From contig CM022677.1 in NCBI GenBank assembly GCA_012295275.1, positions 25,358,001 through 25,422,000 on the forward strand: DNA of 64,000 nucleotides, read 5' to 3'. Source of the stretch: Chrysomallon squamiferum (taxonomy: Eukaryota > Animalia > Mollusca). Of the stretch, positions 14,005-28,507 are shown in pieces. The number at the start of each line of letters is the position of its first letter. The first letter of the stretch is position 1. The translations under genes and the position numbers were made by a program. The notes below the pieces were generated by a model, which was given only the letters and a program-made list of their open reading frames with translations, searched no databases and was not told where the DNA came from.

Positions 14005-14882
14005 TAAGAAGAAGAAGAAGAAAACAACAACAACAATAACATCAACAAATTCAACAACAATAACAATAATATCTTACATCATTTATAACAATATCATTCA
14101 TAAATAAACTAACTGTCTAAACTGGGAAGTTTAATGTAAAGCTATTACAAACAAACACATTTGCACACGAACAACATTTGATAAATCTTTCGATTCTCCA
14201 TTAAGAAAAAAAAAACCCAAAAACGAAATCGGACAAAAGTTTAATGCATTCAATAAATCTTCAATTTCTGACCGTTTCATTCACTCAAACCATTTCTGTC
14301 TGCATTTTGTTAGAAGCAAGAAAAATAAAATTTTTCAAGAAATGAGGACAATACATTAATTTTCATCACTACAGGGTTCCAGTCTTGAATCTGTCTAAAC
14401 TGTGACAAACTCCTTTTTACCATTTGTGTAAATAAAATCAACTAGAAAATGTTTTCAAATTATTAGATGTTAGAGATTTTTTTTTCTATTGCACTTTTCA
14501 TTTTAAATTCTACAACTATTAGCATATTGCATCTTTATTGCAAAAAAGTAAATTGATATTAATAAATAAATGACAGTTTAGATCAAAGAAGAGGAAAATA
14601 AAATATTATATTTTTTTTTTTCATTTATTAGTTGTAATTCTGTTTTTTTCTATAGATGTATTTATTTATTTATTTATTTTGTTTTGTTTGCTTGCTTGCT
14701 TGTTTGTTTATTTATTATTATCTATTTACATACGCATTTAACTATGTATCAGTCTATTTCTATACATTCATGCATGGATACATACATATATACTCATACA
14801 TACGTACGTACATACATACATACATATATATATGTGTGTGTATATGTATGTATGTATGTATGTATATGTGGATGTGTGTGTC

Positions 14883-14927
<45 letters not shown>

Positions 14928-15169
14928 CTATAATTAAATTTGACACCTAAGATCATTCTTCTTTCGTTCTTTCATTCATTCATTCCTCTATTTTCATTCA
15001 TTCTATTTCTACTGTCTTCTTTTCGTTCATACATCCCTACATTAGTCACTTACCTTTCTGTATCGTTCTCCTCTTTAATCATCAGTTTTACTCATTTTCA
15101 TATACCTGTATTTAACAATTTCGGCTTTATTCTGATTTCTAATTTTTTTTTTTTTTTTTTTTTTTTCAG
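12699..15169 (+). other. Spliceosomal GT-AG intron (2471 nt, phase 2) inside cassette B
   Basis: GTAAGT at 12699, (T)n-CAG at the 3' end; removal restores frame and the GPxCDY-x-xAPVAR motif. Confidence 0.9.
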
Positions 15170-15546
15170 TTTGGCGCCTGTTGCTAGGTACGCGCCATAT
15201 TGGAGTCTGCCGGTCATATCTCCCGGTGGCTTCGCGCACGATTTCGGGGAAGACAAGCGGAAACCGCAAGCGGAATACCCTACGCTCACACGAATTAGTT
15301 CCACGTTCAACACCTTAGCAAAGTTTGTTGTGGACGTGTTTTGCGAATGGAAGTTACTCCGAGTGAAAGTCATCTACGACCTGTCCGGCATGTCGAACGT
15401 CATGCCCAAATTCTGTTACTTAGCAACGTCGGCCATCGTCGGCCACAGCAAGAGGCAACGTCTGAACTACGACTTTTACATCTACATTCCCGACATACAC
15501 AGCATCGACAACGTCTTAACAGACCAAGTAGGCAAGGACAACGGTG
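15170..15546 (+). CDS. Cassette B exon 2: continuation of the ANF_receptor ectodomain
   Basis: Long poly-T tract + CAG acceptor at 15167-15169. AG+T rebuilds a Ser codon giving CDY-S-LAPVARYAPYWSLPVISPGGFAHDF...YPTLTRISSTFNTL...VKVIYD...KFCY, collinear with cassettes A and C. Ends at G|GTAAGT 15546/15547, phase 1. Confidence 0.92.
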
Positions 15547-15788
15547 GTAAGTGAAATTTGTATTAATAAACAACAACAGCAGTGAACAAATAAAGAAATG
15601 AAAATGGTTTATGGTGAAATTCGTTTTAATATTTGGATATAGTTATTACAGTTGTGTATTCATTATAATTAGTACGTTTTAACAGATTCCGAATTTGTTG
15701 ATAATATTTATTATTTATCGATCTAATTTGGACAATTGCAAATTCAAGACGTAGAAGAATATGAGTTTAATTTCATAATTTTAAACGA

Positions 15789-15865
<77 letters not shown>

Positions 15866-16195
15866 ATGAAAAAAAGAGACCGATCACATTAACACGAAGG
15901 AGAAAATTAAAAATAAAAGAAGAAGTTTCAAGAATTTCTTGAAACGTTTCTGATGTAAAATGCCAGATATGTGGTATCACCGAATTTTGCTTTTATTTCA
16001 TTTTCTTGTTATTACGAGATGGTCACGTTCAATCACGATAATTTCAGAGTTGTCAACGCAAGCTGAGAAGCAAAGATCGAACAACTCGTAAAAAATTGTC
16101 ATCACAGTTTATTATGATCAGTTTACTTTAACAGCTTTCAGATCAGGAACGTCCCCTCTCAGTCTGTATTACCAGTAAATCTATCTATCTATCTA

Positions 16196-16332
<137 letters not shown>

Positions 16333-17345
16333 GTGTGTTTATATATGCCTGTATCTAAAAATCGTTTCTCTCTCAATTAGTCTATCTCTCACTCAAAGAC
16401 ATTAACACACACGTACACAGACATACATACAGACAGAAACTTTTAATTTATTTTATTTTAATAATTTTTGTTGATGTATTTATTACTCAATGTCGCTTAT
16501 GTCACAGAGAAATAATCATTCCTCTGATTTCATTTCAGTTTTTCATCATCACATTGTTACCATCATCATAATCATCAAAAACAGTATCATCCTCGTTATA
16601 ATTAATAACAAAACTCATCGTTATCATCATCATCATTGTCATCACATTATTGTCATCATCATCATCACTATCACCATTATCGTTTCATCTAATACTTACT
16701 TGTTTGACAGTGAGATATGAGAAATGTTTATAAATCAATTCAGACTCTTAGGTTCCTAGCTGTATTGACTCCAATGTCGATAATTTAAAGAGAAACTTTA
16801 ATAGGCCGAGAAAAAAAAAAATATATATATATATATAAATATCACATAAATATATAAATATATGTCTCTTTTTGTCGTGTATATATGAGAGGTTAATAAT
16901 GTTTGCATCCGAGATGTCTGTTTGTAATGCAGTAGTTTGATACAGAGCTTCAGGATGTACTATAAATAATGCAAGTAATATGTCACAGGAAGAAATATTT
17001 AGATACATACACAGATACATACATACATACGTACCTGCATACGTCAATAATACGTACATGCGTACCTGCTATATAATACACAATGTATACATACATTTAT
17101 ACAAATATATTTGCACAACCACATGCACACACACAGACACACAGACACACGCACACAACATCCACATACAAACAGGTACGTGCACATATACAGATACAGA
17201 AACAGAAATAAAACAGTACCTATATTTTCTTACATTCTCTTGTTATTGTTTGTTTTTGTTTTTTTCTGGTGATTTGCTTTTGATGACGATAACAAGTGAA
17301 TACGTCATTTCCGTCAGTGTCGTCATTCTCTCTCTCTCTCTCTGT

Positions 17346-17466
<121 letters not shown>

Positions 17467-17964
17467 ATATTAAATTCGATATATGACGTCATATCAACGT
17501 ACGAGTTACAAATTACCGGGAGTCAAGTGTCACGATGTATCACTGCAGAAGACTCGCTGTATATCAATAAACTAGCTAACGTGATCTTCAGGACTGCTTG
17601 CCACTTCCAAGCGAAACATCAATATTTTCTGTTTAAAAAAAATGAAAATATAATATTAGTAATAATAATAAAAATATATATTTTTTTTTTTATTAAATCC
17701 TGAAAATTGAACATCATCAATTTCCCTTTCAATATCCATTTTCTCTTAATATTTCATTTTATTATTTTTTTTTTCTGTACAGTTCAAAATTCAATGCGTC
17801 ATTGATATATTTGTCTTTGTATGAATTGAAAAAAAAAAAAAAAAAAACGTTTTGACAGTTATTTCTCTGTCTCGGTTTACATTTTTGTGTTTTCTATTTT
17901 ATACGTTCAAAATTTCTTTGTTTCCTTTATACTTTCCTGTCATAATCATTTGACTGAATATTAA

Positions 17965-18015
<51 letters not shown>

Positions 18016-18441
18016 AACAGTATTATATACCTTTACAGTGACAAGCAATATACGCTAGATGTTTATTAACAAGGATATATTTCCAAACCACTCACGTGTT
18101 ATTGTTTATTAATAAATTTCTGTCACATGTGGTCTGCAAATCGACTCGTTATTAACTGTTTTCATAAACACTGTAATTTTCTTGGTCCCACAATAGAAAT
18201 ATATATAAACATATTACCGGTCTGTAATTAACCAAAATAAAATAAATACTAATAAGTGAAATATATGATAACAACGCAGTAATGAAATGTGTAACTAGAT
18301 TTAAATTTCTGTTGAACATCGGATGTTCTTTCCGAACGTTAAACTGCCGGTTATTGACTAGAACAGGAAGAAAAAAGGAAAATATATTTTGATTATCTGA
18401 AAAGTCCTTTAATGCTAGTATGTGAGCCGCAAACAACGAGG

Positions 18442-18617
<176 letters not shown>

Positions 18618-20273
18618 GATGGAAACAAAGAGAGCGAGAGAAAATACGACAGTGAGACAGAGTTCATTGACAAGTATGTAAATTCTGCCGTCTGTTTAGG
18701 AAAAGAGAATTAAAATAAATTATAAATAAATGAAGAAATAAATACGTAAACAAATAAAATAACAAATACGTGAATAAATAAAATAACAAATAAGTAAATA
18801 AATAAAGGCAAACATCTGATCACAAAAGTGCGGGGGTTAATGCGAACATCTCAACAAATATTTCACTTTCAGTACACGTCATGGTTTTGTTTAGAATTCA
18901 CCTAGCGGCGGTAAGGAACGGTAACTCGAGTCATTCAAAACGATATCAAAAGAACTCGTTCGGTTTCAGTTGCATCGTTATTTAACTAATTACCAGAGGC
19001 TCTTGTACTTGGATGGCTTCTCCGATTCATTTACCTAATTATCTTCTCTTCTTTTTTCTTTTTCCTTTCTGTTTGTTGTTTTGTTGTTTTGATTTTTGAT
19101 TTCAATTTTTCAAATGTTTCTTTATTTATTTATTTTTTTATTATTGTTATTTATTTATTTGTTTGTTAATTAATTAATTAATTAATTAATTAATTAATTA
19201 ATTTATGTATTTATTTATTTATATGTGTGTGTTTGTGTGTGTGTGTGTGTGTGTGTATAATTTTTTGTCCTTTTCCTTTACTTTCAAATTCTCTTATGGA
19301 TTCACGCTAAAATAATTTATGTCTATCATTCTTTCTCTTCTTTCTTTCTTTCCTCCATTTCTCCAGTGTCTTCTTTCATTTGCACTTGTATTCACTTCAT
19401 AAATTTACAACAAACTTTAAAAAGAGAAATAATGAATGGAAAAGACTAGACATGCAAAGATACAGACAGACAGACAGACAGACAGATAACAGATAGCCAG
19501 ATAAACAGACAGAGATAAACAAACAAAAAGAGCACACAGACAAAAAGGATAGAAAAAAACAAAGATATAAAAAAATGGAGAAAAAGAAAAAAATTGTTAT
19601 TTTGTCGTTCATTCTCTTTCTCTTTCTTTCTTACTTATTTTTTTATTATTATTATTATTTTTTTTTTTTTTTTTTTTTTTTCTTTTTTTATCTTTTTTTA
19701 AGTGTTTCCTTTAAATACCAGAAGTCTCGTGACGAGAGATTTCAGAACGAGATTTTAAACGCAGTTGAGAGAAAAAAAAATGCTTATCGTCGTAAACAGT
19801 TAATGAAAAAATGTCGACAACGACATTAAGCTAGGACAAATGGAAAAATTTTTCACATTAAGGGACATCATGCTGGCACTTAGCAACACGATAAATCTGG
19901 ATACGTTCAGTAACGTCGATGTGCTGGAAAATCCAAGCAATTTATTTCTTTAATGGCTGTTTGAAAACTTTCCGTGTTTCTGTGAAAGACACGAGTATCA
20001 ATCTGTTACAGTTCACAACTCGCTGATTAATTTGTTTATAAACAAAAGGTTTTTTTTTTTTGTTTGTTTTTTTTTTTGTTTCACTAAGGTTTAACTCAGT
20101 ACACATAGGGCTTTTTTAGTTTGTGTTTGTTTTTAAATTTAAGATTTCTTTTCGTCGATTTTTTTCTTTTTTTATTCTGTTAAATGCTCGCGTTCTGATT
20201 CTACCTCCGTCCTCAATCAACGTTGAATTTTTTTTTGTTTTAATTTTCTAGTATTGCTATGTACCATTTGTCA

Positions 20274-20305
<32 letters not shown>

Positions 20306-20509
20306 TGTTTGTGTGAATGTGTGTGTATGTGTGTTTGTGTGTGTTTAGAGACACGTATGAAACAGATAGACAAGTTTCATTTCTCTTTCTGCCTCTCTGT
20401 GTTTATCTGTGTATTTTTCATAATATATCTAAAGCACATTTCTCGCCGTCCCACTTTCTGTCTTCAATCTTTTTATCTCTCTCTTTGTGTCTTGCTCTCT
20501 CCATCTTTT

Positions 20510-20602
<93 letters not shown>

Positions 20603-20689
20603 CTCATCTTTCTGTTTGTTGCATATATAGGATCTTGAGCCGACTTCTTTTCTCATTCTCTGTTTAACAGAATCCTGCTCTTCTCTCAC

Positions 20690-20772
<83 letters not shown>

Positions 20773-21991
20773 TTTCTCTGTTTCTCTCTCTCTCTCTCTC
20801 TCTCTCCCCTTTTCTCTGTTTCTCTCTCGCTCTCTCTCTCTCTCACTCACACACGTTCTCTCTCTTTTTTTTCTCTCCATATTCCTCTGACGTTCAATGT
20901 AATTAACCAAAACATATCTACTCATAAATAAATTCATTAATCTCAATTTTTTCCACCTGCCTTTACTTTTACTCATGTATACACACACGTGATTTACTGA
21001 CAAGCCCGAAAACTGATTTGAAAATTTCCCTACAAATGGCAGATGAATCCATTGTGAGAAATTCAGCTGAATGAATTATCGTAAATTAATACATCTCTTT
21101 AGGCCGATTTTAGTTATGCACGAATGAATTACAGGCAATTAGAACAGTCAGTCAGTCAGTTTTTATAACTTCGCCAAAGTTACACACACAGATTTCGGCT
21201 GCGTACAAATGATTTATTAGCGGCAAGTCCGGCATTGAAACATTCTCTGTTTTCTCTGGTTTTATGAGCGATGGCAAATCGAGATCTAGGGCCAGGGATA
21301 TATTTATTGCTCGTAAAACCGCTCAGTAAATTATCGTTTTGTGGTTCGAACAACAAACAGTAGCAAACAGCCACTTCGTGAAGCGAGTAATCGAAATTAA
21401 TGAAGACGGAGTGTCGGATATACGAGCCCGAGGTGCAGAGGTGGAAAGCACCGAAAGAAGAAACAACATGTCTTCCCACACTCGATTACGGCCGGACGGC
21501 TGACCGTGAAGAGCAGCTAACAAGTAGACGTACTTTTCTGACCGAATAAACTTCCAACAAACGTTTCGCACCTAACCGATTTTCGTTTCCCCGGGGCTTT
21601 CTTAACCCCCAGGGGCGCTGAATCCGTTCTGTATTTTTAACCGAAGTCGATAATGATGATGTTTGTTATCGCCGGCTTCTTAAACTGTCAAAGTAAATGC
21701 AATTGTGTCTGGCGAAATTAAGAGGTCTGATAATATAGGTGTCTGAGGCCCTGAGAGAATTATTACTTTTGTACGTTTTGCCTGAACAGATATGTATCTG
21801 TGTGTCACGTGACTTAATGTATCTCAGCTGTAACAAAAATAACTAACGAAAGCAATTATAGTACTACTTACTACCGCTACTACGTCTGCTGCTGCTGCTG
21901 CTGCTGCTGCTACTACTACTACTACTACTACTACTACCACTACCACTACCACTACTACTACTACAACTAAGTTTTATTATTATTATTACGA

Positions 21992-22037
<46 letters not shown>

Positions 22038-22296
22038 CATTATCATCATCATTATTATTATCATCATCATCATTATTATTATCATTATCATCATCATTAT
22101 TATTATTATCATCATCATCATTATTATTATTATTATCATTTGTTGTTCATTGTTGTTTTGTTATTTCATTATTATTACATTGTTTTTTTTAACCTGAATG
22201 TCTAATTATTGAGATACTTAATGTTGTTGCTACTAGCTACCATAATATTAGTAGTAGTAACATATACCATTACTTGAACTGTTACTTCTACTACAA

Positions 22297-22470
22297 ATGT
22301 TACTTCCACATCTACGTCTATGTTACTACTGCTACTACCACTACTACTGTCATTATTATTGTCAGTGCTGTTACTTATTACTACTTACTACTACTACTAC
22401 ATCTATTTCTGTTATTATGATTATTAGTACGTTATTACCACCACTGTTACAAGCAACACTTCCACTAATA
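22297..22470 (+). repeat. Dispersed direct repeat copy 1 (about 175 bp; partner 30448-30623)
   Basis: Shared anchors ACATCTACGTCTATGTTACTACT, ACATCTATTTCTGTTATTATGA and ACTGTTACAAGCAACACTTCCACTAATA in the same order. Confidence 0.85.
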
Positions 22471-23112
22471 AAAAGATTTCCATATTCTGAAATATAAGCT
22501 CAGAGACACGCGAAAATGTCGTCTGGGCTGGAATATAAATAAATAAAAATATTGTGACTGAAAAAAAAAAAAAAATAAAATAAACAAAAAAGAAAATAAA
22601 TAAATAATAAAAAAAAATAAAAAATAAAAAGATTAACAATAAATAAATTTAAATAAAAATGATAATAACAAAAAAAAAGAGAAGAACAATAAAAAAAGAA
22701 GACAAATGAATTCAGCTGCTTTAGTCTTGCTTTTCGTGAAGTCACACTGACGATTGAACACTCCAGTTAACAACGTAAGAACTAAATTGTTACGTGTTTC
22801 ACTGAGAAACTTTGGCTCGTTCGAAGAATAATAAAAAAAAAAAAAAATTAAACAATTTTTCCCATTGGTTTTTTTTTTTTTTCTCGGAATGAAGTGGGGG
22901 TGAATCATCAGTAAAGAGATTGATAATAAAAAAAAAAAAAAATAAAAATAAAATTAAGAAAATGAAAATACAGGAAAGTTAGAAAGATGGACGCCGGAAC
23001 AATGTCTAGACTCTGATCCTGTGAATTATTTATTGTTAAATTGACCGAGTGAAGAGGAACACGAAGGACCCATGGATCAGATAACTGAAAAGAAACTAAA
23101 GACATAATGCAA

Positions 23113-23208
<96 letters not shown>

Positions 23209-23666
23209 TGATGATAAAAATAATGATAATAATAAAATCAAGGAAAAGTTGAGAAAAAAATCATTGTTGAAGAAATTCAGAGCTGTATTTCATCTTAATG
23301 AAAACGACTATGATCAGGAAGCCATTGATCATCTGTTCAAACAGACTAATGATAAGATTGTTGTTATTATCTACAAACTACTGCACATATTAACTTGAAT
23401 TTTTCGAAAACGACGTTCGATATATCTATGTCTTTAAATAAAGTAAATATTTAAATAGCTTATAAATGTAAATTTTGGGGGAAGATGTGAGAATTATCGT
23501 ATATACGAAATATGAAATACGTGTGTTTTATTTTCATATCTCGCACACGGCACAAAGAAAGAAACAATTTAAAAAAAAAAAAAATGTTAAATAAGGAATA
23601 TGCGATAACGACTTTCTGTTTAATCTAAGAAATTTATAAAGTTTGTAAAATTTTTATCAAAACATT

Positions 23667-23698
<32 letters not shown>

Positions 23699-23846
23699 TA
23701 AAGGAAAAAGAAAACTGAAAATGTTAGACCAATCACGTACTGTGATCAAAGATCGCGCCGTTTAACCTTCGGCAATTTCCGTGATGTCCACGTGTTTCGA
23801 AACGACGTCGCGATCTGCTAGGATCGAGCACGACGTAGTCGTAGTG

Positions 23847-23860
23847 TCGCCATCTAGCGC
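23847..23860 (-). promoter_or_regulatory. CTCF-like motif in a CpG-rich non-coding island (about 23730-24130)
   Basis: Minus strand reads GCGCTAGATGGCGA, 12/14 to the CTCF core CCGCTAGATGGCGC. Confidence 0.4.
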
Positions 23861-24869
23861 CAGTTTATCTGCATCGACTATCGCTTCAGGACTAACATGC
23901 CTTTTAATCTAATTAAGTTAGCTCCCCTTGTTCGGAAGATAGTGTCGCCATGACAATCAATGACGTCGCAGTCTTATAAAATACTGTCGTTAATTACGCT
24001 AACGTTTTGACTCATGCACCGAGACCAGAGTGCAAAAGATAATGAAAATGGTAGCTAATACTATAACGCATTAATATAACGTTGTGGGATGTTTAAGCTG
24101 GGAGCTAGCGCGATCGAAACTTTCTTCTGCCGTTTATTCATCAAACGTGAATGAGTGAATGAATGAATGAATGAATGAATGAATGGATGAATGAAGTGAA
24201 ATGCATCTTTAATAAAGGATCGTTGATTAAAACGCGAAATAAAACTTACGTTATAAAAAGTAAATAAATAAATAAATATTTAAATACATAAAAATAACTA
24301 AATTAAAAAAAACTGAGAATAAATAACTAAATAAAATAAATAGAACTAAATAAACAAACTAACTAACTAAAAAAAAAAAAAAAAACAAATTAATAAAGAA
24401 GCAAGCTAATAAATAAATACAAAGAACTAAATACGAATGATTGAGAATAAATAATATATAAATAAATAAATAAATAAATAAACAAATAAAGAAAGAAATA
24501 AAGAAATAAATAACTCACTTCTTCATCAGCATTATGTTATGACTAAACGGGAGAATGTGCACTAACAAACTCAATTAGGAGAGTGCATGTAGAGATGCAG
24601 TTCCATGTTTTATTATTCTTTCTGACGGTCCAGATTGATTTTTTTAACAAACTTTTCACATCAGAACACCAGACAGAGTAACAAAGAGAAATAATACGTC
24701 GTGGAAAAACAGTTTTAAAACCTGTCACAAGATAAAATGTTGGATGAAATTTTGAAATTTCTCTTTAAGTGAGAAATCTAATTTATTTTTTAATCTTTCT
24801 TATATTTTTACATTTTCTTCTTCTTCATCTTCTTTCTTTTAATTTATTTTTATTTGTTTATTTGTTTGT

Positions 24870-24920
<51 letters not shown>

Positions 24921-25245
24921 CTTATTTATTTTATTATTATTATTTTTTTTAATGTTGACGCGATTGAGTGGAAACCATTCCAGCTTTCGTTTGAGTTGAA
25001 CTGAATACTTACTTAATTTCGTCATCTCAGTTATTGAATTTTCTCTCTTCATTCTTTACTATTTTCTCCTTCTTCACCTTTTTTGACTTCTGTTAACATT
25101 CTTCCATTCTGTGTACGCTCTTTTTGATCTTTCTCTTGTAACTGCCTGATTTATATTACATTTCTTTTTTAGTTTATTGTCATCATTATTATGATTATTA
25201 TGATTATTATTATTATTATTATGATTATTATGATTATTATGATTG

Positions 25246-25295
<50 letters not shown>

Positions 25296-26525
25296 GATAT
25301 TATGGTGTGGATATAGAGCAGTATATATTAGAATTCAAAAAGATAAAACAAAAAACTATTACTGCCCGTTTTGTTAAACAGTTGACTGGATACTCAGTCT
25401 TTTCAGTCTTTTCCCAATAATAAACTAAAAAGGGTGAAAACATATTATATAGTTTACGACAAATAAATTAATATGGATATATGACAATATTATTTGTTCT
25501 TCTGTATTTATTTTATCTACTTTTATTTATTTATATTTTTTCACTATTTATTCAAAGATTTATTTATCAGTAGTATTAATTCAATCACAAATTTAGTTTA
25601 CAAAGGTCTTAAAATTTCAACCAGAATTTAAAAATGTTCACATTACGTTGTGAAGTAAATAACTAAATAAATAATATTTACAAAATTAGAAACAAAAAAC
25701 TTCTGTTTACAATCCGTGGTTATTGGCGACGTCATAGTGATGACGTAAACAATTGGTTGACGTCACTCATTTGTTTCAAGTTTTTTTTTTCAGTTTTGTA
25801 GACGAAATTATACTGTGAGTATTTGTTTATTTATTTATTTATTACGTGCATTCGTGTATGCATATTTACTTACAAATAGTAAATATTCAGGGCTTTTTTT
25901 TTTTTTTTTTTTTTTATTTACTTACATATTTTTTTTATATATATTTATTCATTAGTTCATTCGTTTGTCCTCTATTTATCATCATTATCATCATCATCAT
26001 CATCATCATCATCATTATTATTATTATTATTATTATTATTGTTCATTTATTCAGTCATTCATTCAGATAATTATATAATTATATGTCATGTTGTTATTTT
26101 GTGATATTGTATTATATTATGTTTCATTATATTATATAATATTGTAAATAATTTTATATTACTTTACATGCCCAGTTGATCAGACCTATTTCAGCTTTTT
26201 AATATTTACGTTTGTAAAGAATTGTAAACTGGCAGGTTTCGTTTACAACACATAATCAAATATTATCTCTAAAAATAATTGTTATAGATTAACCCATAAG
26301 ACTGAGTCTACGTAGCATAGGTTCAGCTGTATGCATGAGAAATTAATTGAATGGTAAAGTAATTCATTTTAGCCAGTTTGTCCTTTCTCTTCTGCTTTTT
26401 CAAATTACTGCAAACAAAATATCTAAACATGTATTTTTTCCTACGTGTGTGTGTGTGTGTGTGTGTCTAGTGTATTTTATTAATTAAAAATGAAATTTAA
26501 ATAGATTAAAACAATGTGTAAGTGC

Positions 26526-26620
<95 letters not shown>

Positions 26621-26662
26621 GCTATCTATATAGAGAGAGTGAGAGACAGAGATATATACATA

Positions 26663-26695
<33 letters not shown>

Positions 26696-27218
26696 CTGTA
26701 TCTATAAAATACAATATGATTTTTCATAGAAATAAATCTTTATTTTTTCTTCTTGTTGTTATTGTTGTTGTTGTTGCTCTTCTTCTTCTTCTTCTTCTTC
26801 TTCTTCTTCTTCTTCTTCTTCTTCTTCTGTGGCAAAACACGACTGAAAGGTTACATAACTTTTAAGTATTTATTCGGCTGACGGGTCTGAAAATGTCGTT
26901 TCCATTTTCTTTATTTCTTTTTGCCCGGAAATTAAAACGTAGAAAATAGAAAAGAAAAAGAAAAGCAATGCTGTCGAATTTGTTTAAGCAAGCGACCAAT
27001 CTGCAACGTGAAACTGGTTTAGTCGAATGAAAGGTAATAAACCGTTAGTTCGCTCTGTTAGACAAATGCCATGATAGAGAAGAATTAGATTTTTCTTTTT
27101 CTTTTTCTTTTTTTTTTTTTTCCCCAGTATGTCGTGGCATGTTTCTGTTTGAAAGCCAGACAAAAAGAGAGAGAATGATAGAGCGAAAGGCTAAAGAGAT
27201 TGAATGGGTATGTAAGAG

Positions 27219-27253
<35 letters not shown>

Positions 27254-27331
27254 GAAGGAGAGACAGACAGACACAGACAGACAGACAGTCAGACATACAT
27301 GCAGACATAGAGATAAAATTCAAGTGTAAAT

Positions 27332-27443
<112 letters not shown>

Positions 27444-27538
27444 TAGATGGAGAGAAAAAGACAGAGAAAAGATATGAGAGAGACAGAGGGAGACAATAAC
27501 AGAGACAGACAGAAAAATAAAGTGACACACGGAGAGAT

Positions 27539-27635
<97 letters not shown>

Positions 27636-27687
27636 TAGATGGAGAGAGAGAGAGAAAAGAGAGAGACAGAGAGAGAGAGAGAAAAAT

Positions 27688-27768
<81 letters not shown>

Positions 27769-28232
27769 GAGACTGAAAAACGAGATTAAACCATAATTAC
27801 CCAGTAATACGAAAACGCTCGGCAATTTCCGCCTCGGGTTAACTCGTAAGAGTGGTACGGATAACCGAATTAAGTGACAGAAAAAAAAGAAAAAAAACAT
27901 AGACCGTCTCACCAACCCACGATAGACATAGAAAAAAAAAAAAAAGTAAAAAAAAAAAAAAACCGTTAAATAATTATTTTCTGTCGTAATAGATTAGCGA
28001 GAATGTTGGTGTGGCGAGAAATGACATTACACACGTATAACTCTCTGTCTTTCTGGTCATTACACTTTTAAATTACTCTAATGGAGGATCGGCAAGCCCG
28101 CGGTCTGAGCGGAAGATTCCAGTAATAGGACACAAATAGGCCAGAAACGAGAGAGAAAACAGATTTTCTTGAGAGAAACAGAAAGAAGACTTGTAGACGG
28201 GAAGGGAGGAGGTAATATGACAGGGAGAGTTT

Positions 28233-28337
<105 letters not shown>

Positions 28338-28467
28338 CGGACAGACAGAGACAGTGAGAGAAAGAGAAAAGGTTTTCGAGAGAAGGATAAGAAAATGAAT
28401 AACAAACAAAGAGACAAATAAATTCTGCTACAAGATTCAGTATCTTAATAATTGATGATTTTTGTTT

Positions 28468-28507
<40 letters not shown>

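Noticed and set aside
14940-15169. Hydrophobic Phe-rich N-terminus of the 204-aa ORF
   Set aside because: Intronic pyrimidine tract; the exon starts at 15170.
5566-15546. Cassettes A and B as pseudogene fragments, or as consecutive exons of a tandem-domain protein
   Set aside because: Frames, cysteines and splice donors are intact, arguing against decay; each has its own ATG and signal peptide with no obvious coding-frame acceptor, arguing against serial splicing. Not formally excluded without transcripts.
21603-21620. Second CTCF-like site ACCCCCAGGGGCGCTG (also partial CCGCTAGGTG on the minus strand near 18899-18908)
   Set aside because: One G short in the core, or missing the GGC; too weak to call.
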